In this document: piece after piece, positions 55,618 to 64,000 of the stretch | Layout: each line of letters starts with the position of its first letter | How positions within the stretch are numbered: the first letter of the stretch is position 1 | DNA from: an uncultured Pseudomonadales bacterium | GTDB taxonomy: Bacteria; Patescibacteriota; Microgenomatia; UBA1400; UBA12108 | Length of the DNA stretch: 64,000 nt | Direction of reading: 5' to 3' | Assembly: GCA_964527065.1 (NCBI GenBank) | Contig: CAZGNX010000001.1 | Span: 45 to 64,044, forward strand | Notes under the pieces: model-generated | What the model was told of the DNA's origin: nothing | Seen by the model: only the letters and a program-made list of their open reading frames with translations | The model's database searches: none | Made by a program: the position numbers and the translations under genes

Positions 55618-58094
55618 GCTTTAGCAGTGAGACAGGGGGCTACGCGTACAAAGCGAAGAAGGGCTTGTCGGAGAGCGTGGTGCGTGAGATCTCGGGACAA
55701 AAACACGAACCAGCATGGATGCTTGATTTACGCCTCGCGGCACTGAATCAATACGAGAGTATGCCGATCCCGCAGTGGGGTGCAGATCTGAGCGCTATCA
55801 ACTGGGACGATATCCACTACTACCTACGCCCAGTTGAAAAAGCGTATAAGAGTTGGGACGAAGTACCTGACTCGGTGCGACAAGTGTTTGATGCGATCGG
55901 AGTGCCTGAGGCTGAGAAGACCATGCTCGCGGGAGTGGGTGGGCAGTATGACAGCGAAGTGATCTACCATTCATTGCAAAAAGTATTGGCCAAGCGGGGG
56001 GTCGTGTTTCTCTCGATGGATGAAGGACTCAAACAATATCCCGAGATTGTTAAAAAATACTTTGGCACTGTCGTGCCATACGGTGACAATAAGCTCGCTG
56101 CGCTCAACGCGGCCGTATGGAGTGGGGGGAGCTTTGTGTATCTCCCAAAAGGAGTGGCGGTGGATCTGCCGCTACAAGCCTATTTCCGTATCAACGCAGA
56201 GAACGCGGGACAGTTTGAGCGAACGTTGATCATCGCGGAAGAGGGATCATCTGCTCACTATGTGGAGGGTTGCAGCGCTCCCGCCTTTACGAGCGCCTCA
56301 CTGCATGCGGCAGTTGTCGAAGTGATAGTGCACGACCGCGCCAAAGTGCGCTACACCACAGTGCAAAACTGGTATAAGACTGTCTACAACCTGGTGACTA
56401 AAAGAGCAAAAGTTGCGAAAGAGGCTAGAATGGAATGGGTGGACTGTAATCTAGGGTGTTTAACTGGCGATACTCAACTGCTCTCTCCATCTGACGGAGT
56501 AGTTAGGATGGACGAAATCAAGATGGGACAGACTGTTTTTGCATACGATTTCGACATATCTCAATTTGTAGAGCGTAAGGTTACTGGCTGGCAAAAAACT
56601 GGACATAGGAAGGTGTGGGGGGTGTTGTTAGAGGGTAGGCGGCTTCGGGCGACAGATAATCATCCATTTCTGGTTTTGGAGAGACAAGATAGGTTAGGAA
56701 GTAAAAGCAATGCCGGTGTTCGTTCTTTTGCCATGCAATGGAAACCACTGCGAGACTTATCTCGAGGAGATATGGTGGCGTATGTAGGAGGATTACCTGA
56801 TCTTGGTAAAACAAGAAAGTTAGAGTTTGAGTTTGTTAGTCGTGGCAGTGGTGGATATGTGAAATACCGTCCTCATTTGCCAAAAAAGACTAACGAAGAG
56901 TTGTTGTGGTTGCTCGGTGCGTATTTGGGCGATGGATATATGGAACGAGATTCCAAGACTAAAAGATTGCGAAGAGTTTACTTTGCTGTGCCTCCCAAAG
57001 ATAAAGCGCGTCAAAGATTAATTGATACACTTAACAAGTTATTTGGGGACGTGGTGACCACTAAGGGTATATGCGTGACGATTAACTCGACGGCGATAGC
57101 ACAGTTTTTTGAGTATCTGGGAATGAAGGGAAATGCTCATACAAAGCGCGTGCCTTCGTGGGTATTTACCTTGCCGTTTCAAGAACGGTTGGCCTTGCTT
57201 GAAGGATGCTTGGATACAGATGGCAACGTGCGGCGACTGACCCACCAAATAACCTTTACAAGCGCAGGGAAAGACTTGATGCTTGATCTACAGCAGTTGG
57301 CTATAAGTTGTGGACTCAAGATATACAAAATTCGCAAGCAGACCTTAGTTAGAACTCTGCCGCTTGGTAAAGAGCAAAAAGAATATACTTCGTATCAATT
57401 TTGCCTCTCAAACAGTGATTTAGGAGCCCTCAGGAGTCATCGAGTCAATAGTACAAGCAGATTGGTTTTTGCTCGCGTAACCAGTGTTGAAGTGATTGGA
57501 GAAGAGGATGTATACGACATTGAGGTAGAAGGGTCGCATAATTTTGTAGCTAACGGGATAGTCGTTCATAACAGCAAGGTCACCATGAAGTATCCCTCAT
57601 GCTTACTAGAAGGTGATAGAGCACATGGGGAGATGCTCTCGATTGCGGTGGCAGGAGTGGGCCAGCATCAAGATGCAGGTGCCAAGATGATCCATATGGC
57701 GCCCAACACCACGAGCAAAATCACCAGTAAGTCGATTAGTCGGGGCGGGGGGCGCAGTAGTTATCGGGGGCAAGTGAAGATCATTCCCACAGCCACAGGG
57801 TCGAGGAGCAAGGTGGTATGTGACGCGCTCATAATGGACGCGCAGAGCCGCTCCGATACCTATCCGACCAACCAGATTATGACAGGGGAGGCAACGCTCG
57901 AGCATGAGGCATATGTGTCACGGATCGGGGAGGAGCAGATACTCTACCTCATGTCGCGGGGACTAAGCGCCAAGGAAGCGGAGGGGATGATTATTCGTGG
58001 GTTTATAGAGCCAGTGATACAGGAGCTGCCGATGGAGTATGCGGTGGAGCTTAATCGTCTCGTGAAACTTGAAATGACAGGATCTGTAGGATGA
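55599..58094 (+). CDS. sufB: Fe-S assembly protein SufB containing an intein
   Basis: QYDSE, WSGGSF, GQFERTLII, HYVEGC.AP, TMKYPS, LPMEYAVE. Confidence 0.97.
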   Translation: MEDYQLGFSSETGGYAYKAKKGLSESVVREISGQKHEPAWMLDLRLAALNQYESMPIPQWGADLSAINWDDIHYYLRPVEKAYKSWDEVPDSVRQVFDAIGVPEAEKTMLAGVGGQYDSEVIYHSLQKVLAKRGVVFLSMDEGLKQYPEIVKKYFGTVVPYGDNKLAALNAAVWSGGSFVYLPKGVAVDLPLQAYFRINAENAGQFERTLIIAEEGSSAHYVEGCSAPAFTSASLHAAVVEVIVHDRAKVRYTTVQNWYKTVYNLVTKRAKVAKEARMEWVDCNLGCLTGDTQLLSPSDGVVRMDEIKMGQTVFAYDFDISQFVERKVTGWQKTGHRKVWGVLLEGRRLRATDNHPFLVLERQDRLGSKSNAGVRSFAMQWKPLRDLSRGDMVAYVGGLPDLGKTRKLEFEFVSRGSGGYVKYRPHLPKKTNEELLWLLGAYLGDGYMERDSKTKRLRRVYFAVPPKDKARQRLIDTLNKLFGDVVTTKGICVTINSTAIAQFFEYLGMKGNAHTKRVPSWVFTLPFQERLALLEGCLDTDGNVRRLTHQITFTSAGKDLMLDLQQLAISCGLKIYKIRKQTLVRTLPLGKEQKEYTSYQFCLSNSDLGALRSHRVNSTSRLVFARVTSVEVIGEEDVYDIEVEGSHNFVANGIVVHNSKVTMKYPSCLLEGDRAHGEMLSIAVAGVGQHQDAGAKMIHMAPNTTSKITSKSISRGGGRSSYRGQVKIIPTATGSRSKVVCDALIMDAQSRSDTYPTNQIMTGEATLEHEAYVSRIGEEQILYLMSRGLSAKEAEGMIIRGFIEPVIQELPMEYAVELNRLVKLEMTGSVG
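56457..57572 (+). mobile_element. intein (372 aa) with LAGLIDADG homing endonuclease
   Basis: NLG|CLTGDT, block B ATDNHPF, LLGAYLGDG and LLEGCLDTDG, VYDIEVEGSHNF.ANG.VVHN|S. Confidence 0.95.
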
Positions 58095-58112
58095 AAATAA
58101 TAATGTTGGAGA

Positions 58113-58290
58113 CCCTCCTTAGCTCTATCGAGCTTCGGCGGGGCAAGGTGGTGGGGAGTGTAGGATGATATGCAAATAATCAATAATCAAATTCCAAACA
58201 TCAAACAAATCCAAAATTCTAATTGCCAAAAGTTTAATTATTTTGTTATTAATTATTGTTTGAATATTGGTTATTGTTGATTGGATGTTT
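58113..58290. repeat. bulged mini-hairpin followed by AT-rich heptamer element with inverted half, between sufB and sufD
   Basis: ccctcc-tta-gctc-tatc-gagc-ttc-ggcgggg (58113-58143); aataatcaataatcaaattccaaacatcaaacaaat... (58175-58290). Confidence 0.75.
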
Positions 58291-58758
58291 ATGAAACGAG
58301 AAGTAGTCAAAATAAGTAATCCAGGTGTATATAACTTTGTTGTGAATTTTGACAGAGTAGGTCAGGAGATAGAGTGGGTGGGGATAGTTGATGGGAGAGA
58401 ACCAGGTGAGTATGAGCTACGAGTGACAGCTGACCACAGCGCAGTAGGCACCAGCGGGCGGATCACTGTGCGGGGTGTGGCGGGGCCAGGATCGGTCGTG
58501 AAAGTGTATGGCATGATTAAGATCTACAATGTGGCACAGAGGACCGACGACTTCCTCGAACTGCGCGTGCTGACGCTTGATAAAACCGCGCGGGCGGTGG
58601 CAGAGCCCATGCTTGAAATTGAAGCCAATGATGTGAAAGCGTCGCACGCGGCCAGTGTGGGAATGGTAGATAAAGAACAGGTACTCTATCTAATGAGTAG
58701 AGGATTGAGTGAGGGCAAGGCCCAGGATGAAATAGTACGGGGATGGTTGAGCGTATAA
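58291..58758 (+). CDS. sufD: short SufD-like protein
   Basis: P.LEIEANDVKASHAASVG....Q..YLMSRGL. Confidence 0.85.
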   Translation: MKREVVKISNPGVYNFVVNFDRVGQEIEWVGIVDGREPGEYELRVTADHSAVGTSGRITVRGVAGPGSVVKVYGMIKIYNVAQRTDDFLELRVLTLDKTARAVAEPMLEIEANDVKASHAASVGMVDKEQVLYLMSRGLSEGKAQDEIVRGWLSV

Positions 58759-58766
58759 TCACTACT

Positions 58767-59993
58767 ATGATTGATCCAAAGGTAGTTAAGAAAGATTTTC
58801 CAATTCTTTCGCGCGAAATAAATGGTAAGCCACTGGCGTATCTCGATAGTGGAGCGACGAGTCAGAAGCCGAGACAAGTATTGGATGCTGAGCGAAGTTA
58901 CTACGAACAGCACAACGCTAATGTACATCGCGGAGCTCATACGCTTGGAGATGAATCGACTAAGGTGTATGAAGAAGCACGGCACAAAGTGGCACATTTT
59001 ATCGGTGCTCCACGAGTAGAAGATGTTATATTTGTCCGTAATACCACGGAAGCAATTAATCTGGTTGCGTGTGCATGGGGAGTGGATAACATCAAAAAAG
59101 GTGATGTGGTGATATCAACTCTCATGGAGCACCATGCCAACATGGTGCCGTGGCAAGAAGTAGTGCGAGGGCTTGGGGCACGACTTGAACTGATAGGATT
59201 GACTGAGGACGGACAGCTCGATATGGGTGACTACAAGGCAAAGCTCAAACTAAAACCGAAGATGGTGGCGTTTACCCATGTGTCAAATGCGCTGGGCACC
59301 ATTAACCCAGTGGTGGTAATGACAAAATTAGCACACAGAGTAGGGGCACTAGTCCTGATTGACGGAGCTCAGGCGGTGCCGCATATGCGGGTGGATATCA
59401 AGGCAATTGGGTGTGACTTTTATGCATTCTCTGGTCATAAAATGCTTGGTCCAATGGGGATCGGGGTCTTGTGGGGGAGAAAAGAGCTACTTGAGAAGAT
59501 GTCTCCATTCCTTACGGGAGGTGGGATGATCAGCGAGGTCTACACTGACCACGCCACGTGGGCGGAGCTGCCTGACAAGTTTGAAGCTGGGACACCAAAC
59601 GTAGCAGGGGCGGTAGGACTGGCGGCTGCGATAGACTACCTCGAAAAACTGGGATTAGAAAATGTGAGGGAGCATGACAAAATGATTGTCAAATATGCAC
59701 TGCAGGAACTTTGCAAGGTACGGAACCTTGTAATACTTGGACCTACGGATTCGAGCGTGAGATCGGGATCTGTGAGCTTCACCTACACTGGCGTACATGC
59801 GCATGATGTGGCGACCATCCTGGACTCGGAGGGGGTGGCAATCCGGTCCGGCCACCACTGCACGATGCCACTCCACAACCACATGCATGTGATGGCCTCG
59901 ATCCGCGCAAGTTTTAATGTGTATAGCACCAAGGAGGATATAGATCAGCTGGTAAGGGCACTCGCAAAAGTTAAAGCAGTTTTCAAGAAATAG
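58767..59993 (+). CDS. sufS: cysteine desulfurase SufS
   Basis: YLDSGATSQKP, NVHRG, FSGHKM.GP, FEAGTP, R.GHHC. Confidence 0.97.
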   Translation: MIDPKVVKKDFPILSREINGKPLAYLDSGATSQKPRQVLDAERSYYEQHNANVHRGAHTLGDESTKVYEEARHKVAHFIGAPRVEDVIFVRNTTEAINLVACAWGVDNIKKGDVVISTLMEHHANMVPWQEVVRGLGARLELIGLTEDGQLDMGDYKAKLKLKPKMVAFTHVSNALGTINPVVVMTKLAHRVGALVLIDGAQAVPHMRVDIKAIGCDFYAFSGHKMLGPMGIGVLWGRKELLEKMSPFLTGGGMISEVYTDHATWAELPDKFEAGTPNVAGAVGLAAAIDYLEKLGLENVREHDKMIVKYALQELCKVRNLVILGPTDSSVRSGSVSFTYTGVHAHDVATILDSEGVAIRSGHHCTMPLHNHMHVMASIRASFNVYSTKEDIDQLVRALAKVKAVFKK

Positions 59994-59994
59994 T

Positions 59995-60372
59995 ATGGAT
60001 TTGTACAAAGAAGAAGTGATGGATCACTATAATAACCCGAGGAACCGGGGGAAGCTCTCGGGTGATGATGTGGTGACAGGCAAGGAAAATAACGCTAGTT
60101 GTGGGGATATGGTCGAGTTCTATCTCAAGATCAAAGAGGGGAGGATAGTTGAAGTGAAGTGGGAGGGGGCAGGATGTGCCATTACGACAGCGAGTGCGAG
60201 CAAGCTGAGTGAGTATCTGCATGGTCGATCCCTCAAGGAGTTGCAGAAAATGGATGAGAAGGGGTTGGCGAGAGAGGGAGTGGGATTTGAGGTGAATGCA
60301 GGGAGAAGCAAGTGTTTAATGTTGCCAGTTACAGCAGTGGAGAAGCTTTTGACCCACACGCCAAAAATTTGA
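59995..60372 (+). CDS. sufU: SufU/IscU-type scaffold
   Basis: Y.E..MDHY.NPRN.G, N.SCGD, GCAI..AS, R.KC. Confidence 0.9.
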   Translation: MDLYKEEVMDHYNNPRNRGKLSGDDVVTGKENNASCGDMVEFYLKIKEGRIVEVKWEGAGCAITTASASKLSEYLHGRSLKELQKMDEKGLAREGVGFEVNAGRSKCLMLPVTAVEKLLTHTPKI

Positions 60373-60409
60373 CTTGGCGCTTTGTAGGCTTATTCAGCCA
60401 TATCGCCAT

Positions 60410-61477
60410 TCAGATTTTGACGAGGGGCGACAAAGTTGTATCAGGTTTGTCGAAATTGAGGTTAGGCAGGCGGTCTAGTTTGGCTGAGTTGGCAAAATCT
60501 TGGCGAAGATATTGATAGTAGGCGCTGATGCCGATCATGGCGGCGTTATCGGTGATGAGTTTCTGGGAGTAGGGGATGTGAACAGGGAGACCATATTCTG
60601 CCGCGACGGATCTGGTCAGGGTACGAAGTGCGACATTGGAGACGACTCCACCCCCGAGGAGAATCATGCGCGGTGAGTAGAGATCGATGGCGCGGCGGAA
60701 CCGTTTCATCAGATGCTTAAACACAGCCTTTTGAAAACTGGCGGCAAAGTCGGCGATAAACTCATGGGTTAGCTCGGGTTTTTCTGTTTCGAGAAAATAG
60801 CGGGCTTTGGTTTTTAAACCGGAAAAAGAGAAATTGAGATCTTTGCGCATCGTCATGGGCTCGGGGAGGTGGTACTTGGGGGTGCCCGCCTTGGCCATTT
60901 CTGCCAAGATGGGACCGCCAGGGTAGCCAAGCAGCAACATGCGGGCGACTTTGTCGTAGGCCTCCCCGGCCGCATCGTCGAGTGTCTCACCCAAAAGTTC
61001 ATAGTCACCGATGCCTCGCATAAGCACGAGCTGCGTGTGGCCGCCGGAGATGAGGAAGCCGAGCGCGGGGTATTGTGGATTTTTGAGCCCGCGCGTACCC
61101 GTTTTGGCTTGGGCAAAACTAGACAGCAGATGCCCCTCCATGTGGTTGACGGCGATTATGGGAAGGTTATAGCTTTTGGCTAATAGCTTGCAGTAAGCAA
61201 TACCTTGTTCGAGTGAAGGGGCGAGGCCGGGACCTACGGTGACGGCAATGGTGTCCAGATTGGGCGAGCCAGCTTGACGGAGGGCACGGTCGACAACTCT
61301 AGGTAACCATTCTTGGTGCAGCCGCTTGGCAATGTCTGGTACGGTTCCCCCCCAGTCTGCGTGGTAGGACGCTTGGGAGGAGACGATGTTGCTGATGACG
61401 CGCAGCCCGCGCGTGACTGCAGCGCAAGTGTCGTCGAGGCTGGTTTCGATTGCGAGGATGGTTGGGTCGCTTGGCAT
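60410..61477 (-). CDS. tsaD: tRNA threonylcarbamoyladenosine transferase TsaD
   Basis: LAIETS.DDT, GG.VP, GPGL, NHMEGH, SGGHT, TLDDAAGEAYDK, DNAAMI; start at MPSDP. Confidence 0.96.
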   Translation of the reverse strand: MPSDPTILAIETSLDDTCAAVTRGLRVISNIVSSQASYHADWGGTVPDIAKRLHQEWLPRVVDRALRQAGSPNLDTIAVTVGPGLAPSLEQGIAYCKLLAKSYNLPIIAVNHMEGHLLSSFAQAKTGTRGLKNPQYPALGFLISGGHTQLVLMRGIGDYELLGETLDDAAGEAYDKVARMLLLGYPGGPILAEMAKAGTPKYHLPEPMTMRKDLNFSFSGLKTKARYFLETEKPELTHEFIADFAASFQKAVFKHLMKRFRRAIDLYSPRMILLGGGVVSNVALRTLTRSVAAEYGLPVHIPYSQKLITDNAAMIGISAYYQYLRQDFANSAKLDRLPNLNFDKPDTTLSPLVKI

Positions 61478-61509
61478 GTCTGGTATTATACCTGTAGAAG
61501 GGAAAATGT

Positions 61510-61875
61510 ATGACTGACTGTATCTTTTGTAAGATAATCGCGGGGGAGCTACCAAGCTACAAGATCTATGAGGACGAGAAATATCTCGCATTCTTGGATA
61601 TCTTTCCTTCTGCCGAAGCCCATACACTGGTGATACCTAAACAACATACGGAGTGGGTTTGGGATCATGATGATGTTGAGGGGTATTTTGCACTGGTGGC
61701 AAAGATAGCGCGGCACTACAGAGAATTGAGTGGCGAGGTGGTGCGCTCAAACATTGATGGATGGCAGGTGCCACATGCACACATTCACCTCAAAATAGGG
61801 AAGGTTAGTGATCCTAACCCAAAGCAGGGTGATCCGGTTAGACTTCAAGCTACTTGTGAAAAATACCGACTTTAG
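61510..61875 (+). CDS. HIT family protein
   Basis: DCIFCKII, HTLVIPK.H, VPHAHIH. Confidence 0.95.
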   Translation: MTDCIFCKIIAGELPSYKIYEDEKYLAFLDIFPSAEAHTLVIPKQHTEWVWDHDDVEGYFALVAKIARHYRELSGEVVRSNIDGWQVPHAHIHLKIGKVSDPNPKQGDPVRLQATCEKYRL

Positions 61876-62957
61876 GTCCACTCGGGTATGGAAAGTGAGT
61901 ATTGAATAGTCCTGGTATTTTCGTCTAATTCTTTGATATCGATCAATAAAACTGGATAGTCAATTTTGTATTGATCGAGATAGCTTTTGGCTTTGCCGGC
62001 CCATTCGATTGTGACGATATTTCCCGGTCTAAGCAGCTTGGAGAAGTGTAGCGTGGACTCCAGCTCCGAAATGTCGGCAAGCCGCCAAGTATCGAGATGA
62101 TAGAAAACGCCGGAATATTTGGGTAAGGGAAAAGGATATTCTCTGAGGAGAGTATAGGTGGGTGAGGTGATAGTGTTGGTGATACCAAGTGCTTGAGCGA
62201 TGCCTTTACTAACTACTGTTTTGCCGGCGCCGAGCTCACCCTGAAGAGCAATGATGAGCGGATAGCGGTGGAGGAGATTGAGGTGACGGCTCACTAAGCT
62301 TTTGGCAAACTCCTGGGTTGCAGCGGGTGAGGTGGAGGTAAAGGTGGGAGCAGAAGAGGGAAGAACGAGCTCGCCCTGGCGCAAGATCACTGGATCGTTG
62401 AGGGTCGTGTCGACGACGGTACTGGTCGGGCGCTCCAGGAGCTTGCCAGCATCGAGAAAAAGGGCGACCATGTGTTGTTTGCTCTTGCTTGTATATTTTT
62501 GCCAGTCGGTGAGGCTATATGGCTCTTTTTTACCACTGGTATTGGCGCTTGTAGCCGTGATAGGTTTTCCATACACTTGGATAAGCTCAAGTGCAAAGTC
62601 ATGCTTAGGAATACGGACACCGAGCGTGCCGGTTGTGGATTCCAGACGCTGATCTACGGCGTGTTTTGACTCTGAAATGACCGTGATGGGGCCAGGGAGG
62701 AAGTGAGTGTAGAGATTGTCTGCTATCTCATTGATCAATACATATCGTTGTGCCATTGCACGGTCTGCGACCGCAATCGACACTTGGCGGTGGCGGTCAC
62801 CTTTGTAGGCGAGGAGATTGGAGACGGCATTGTTATGAGTGGCATCCACGGCAATACCGTAGCAAGTTTCGGTAGGGTAGATCACTAGCTCGCCACGAGA
62901 CAATGCCAAACATGCAGAATCGATGGCGGAGGGATTGTCAGTTTGGATAATTTGCAT
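61872..62957 (-). CDS. TsaC (Sua5/YrdC) - TsaE fusion
   Basis: N-half PTET.YG, PGP.T, GVRIP, ATSAN.SG, STVVD; C-half L.GELGAGKT, TSPTY.L..EY, H.D.WRL, IEW. Confidence 0.92.
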   Translation of the reverse strand: MQIIQTDNPSAIDSACLALSRGELVIYPTETCYGIAVDATHNNAVSNLLAYKGDRHRQVSIAVADRAMAQRYVLINEIADNLYTHFLPGPITVISESKHAVDQRLESTTGTLGVRIPKHDFALELIQVYGKPITATSANTSGKKEPYSLTDWQKYTSKSKQHMVALFLDAGKLLERPTSTVVDTTLNDPVILRQGELVLPSSAPTFTSTSPAATQEFAKSLVSRHLNLLHRYPLIIALQGELGAGKTVVSKGIAQALGITNTITSPTYTLLREYPFPLPKYSGVFYHLDTWRLADISELESTLHFSKLLRPGNIVTIEWAGKAKSYLDQYKIDYPVLLIDIKELDENTRTIQYSLSIPEWT

Positions 62958-62989
62958 GAGGTGGATTATACAAGGTAGGATGAAAGCAT

Positions 62990-64000
62990 ATGCACAAAAT
63001 TGTTTTCCCTCATCTCAGCAGTATGTGGCTACGGGTAGGGCCATTCCTCGTTGTCATGTTTTTTATCCTGCTCTCCGACGCCATTCTCTCTGATTTTGTC
63101 CCTGGCTATATCCAGGAGATTGTAGGATCTCCCCTTGGCATGGGACTCGTAATGGCGACTTCCTCGGTTGTTGGATTGCTGGTGGATCTGGTCTTTCCAC
63201 AACTTTTGAGAAGTACTAGTGTAAGCAAATTGGCACTTATGGCGATGTTTTTTGCGAGCTTATTCCTCATAACACTCTTGGTCTCAACCTGGATACCCTA
63301 TGTGTGGCTGTTGGTTATTGGGATGGCAGCGTGGGGAATCTACTACGAACTTGATGCGTTTATGACCAGACAGTTTGTGACCGATGTGGCTCCCTCACAT
63401 AGTCGAAGCTCGGTGTGGGGAGTGGTGGGGACCTTCCGCAATCTCGCCTATTTCTTGGGTCCTCTTCTTGGTGCCCAGATTATATGGAGTGGAAATCGGG
63501 GAGTTGTGATAGTGGCGGGTGTCGTTTTGATTGTGGCTTATGTGTTCTTTTTGTGGATGAGACTTGCGCAGTTGGAGAGCGATGATGATACTCCACACGG
63601 AGTGCATCTCTTAGCCGAAATTCAGCACTGGGTTAGCCTCGAACAACATGTTTGGCCAGTCCTCATTATGAGTTTTATGGCTGGGCTCATTGATGCTAGT
63701 TTTTGGACCACCGGAACAGTGGTCACAGATGTACTAGCTGAGACACACCCTGCTGGAGGGTGGTTTTTGTCACTGTATATGCTACCCTCACTCTTTATCG
63801 GATTTATTATCGCCAAGTGGGGTGTTTATCAGGGAAAGAAGCGGTGGGCAGAAGTGTTTTTGGCACTAGGTGGGTTAGTACTCATGGGGGTTAACTTAGT
63901 AGACTCTCTGTGGTGGGTACTCAGCGTGGTTTTGTTATCAAGCGCCCTCTTTGGTATGTCGTGGCCACTGGTCGATGCCGTCTACTCCGACTTTATGGCG
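62990..64000 (+). CDS. MFS-type transporter (runs off window end)
   Basis: open frame from ATG 62990 (MHKIVFPHL...) with many TM segments and no stop seen to the window end. Confidence 0.75.
   Translation, partial: MHKIVFPHLSSMWLRVGPFLVVMFFILLSDAILSDFVPGYIQEIVGSPLGMGLVMATSSVVGLLVDLVFPQLLRSTSVSKLALMAMFFASLFLITLLVSTWIPYVWLLVIGMAAWGIYYELDAFMTRQFVTDVAPSHSRSSVWGVVGTFRNLAYFLGPLLGAQIIWSGNRGVVIVAGVVLIVAYVFFLWMRLAQLESDDDTPHGVHLLAEIQHWVSLEQHVWPVLIMSFMAGLIDASFWTTGTVVTDVLAETHPAGGWFLSLYMLPSLFIGFIIAKWGVYQGKKRWAEVFLALGGLVLMGVNLVDSLWWVLSVVLLSSALFGMSWPLVDAVYSDFMA

Noticed and set aside
58091-58168. Short ORF coupled to the sufB stop as the original sufD N-terminus
   Set aside because: It is not in frame with sufD, is largely made of the hairpin repeat, and has no SufD-like sequence.
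1-64000. CRISPR array or diversity-generating retroelement
   Set aside because: No constant repeats with unique spacers, no cas genes, no reverse transcriptase and no TR/VR pair were seen; pilin similarities are not adenine-specific.

Overview
This is a chromosomal window from a small-genome Patescibacteria/CPR bacterium, probably Microgenomates-like (inferred from gene content; genetic code 11). It spans the replication origin (rnpA-rpmH <> dnaA-oriC-dnaN). Next to the origin is a ~23 kb type IV secretion-like surface locus: VirB4-like ATPase, PrgI, VirB6-like protein, a CHAP protein, nine small VirB2/TrbC-like pilins, and a large lysozyme-like protein fused to a C-terminal pilin domain whose frame is split by one TAG. 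Also present are a vapBC-type TA pair, an ECF sigma unit, an idi-Nudix-ipk-uppS isoprenoid block, smpB/tmRNA, comF, glgA/glgP, sufCBDSU with a LAGLIDADG intein in SufB, tsaD and a TsaC-TsaE fusion. Four signals are most unusual. (1) An apparently intact tRNA-Ser with anticodon ACT sits beside a normal tRNA-Ser(GCT), directly downstream of an HTH/LAGLIDADG-like gene. (2) Several small structured or periodic DNA element families occur between genes and also in frame inside comF, uppS, an exonuclease gene, pilin signal peptides and inside tmRNA; they include 130-165 nt branched hairpins, bulged mini-hairpins, 13-bp TIR elements and 7/8/9-mer arrays. (3) The pilin-muramidase fusion. (4) Pervasive leaderless gene starts. 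All calls come from reading the sequence; no database searches were run.
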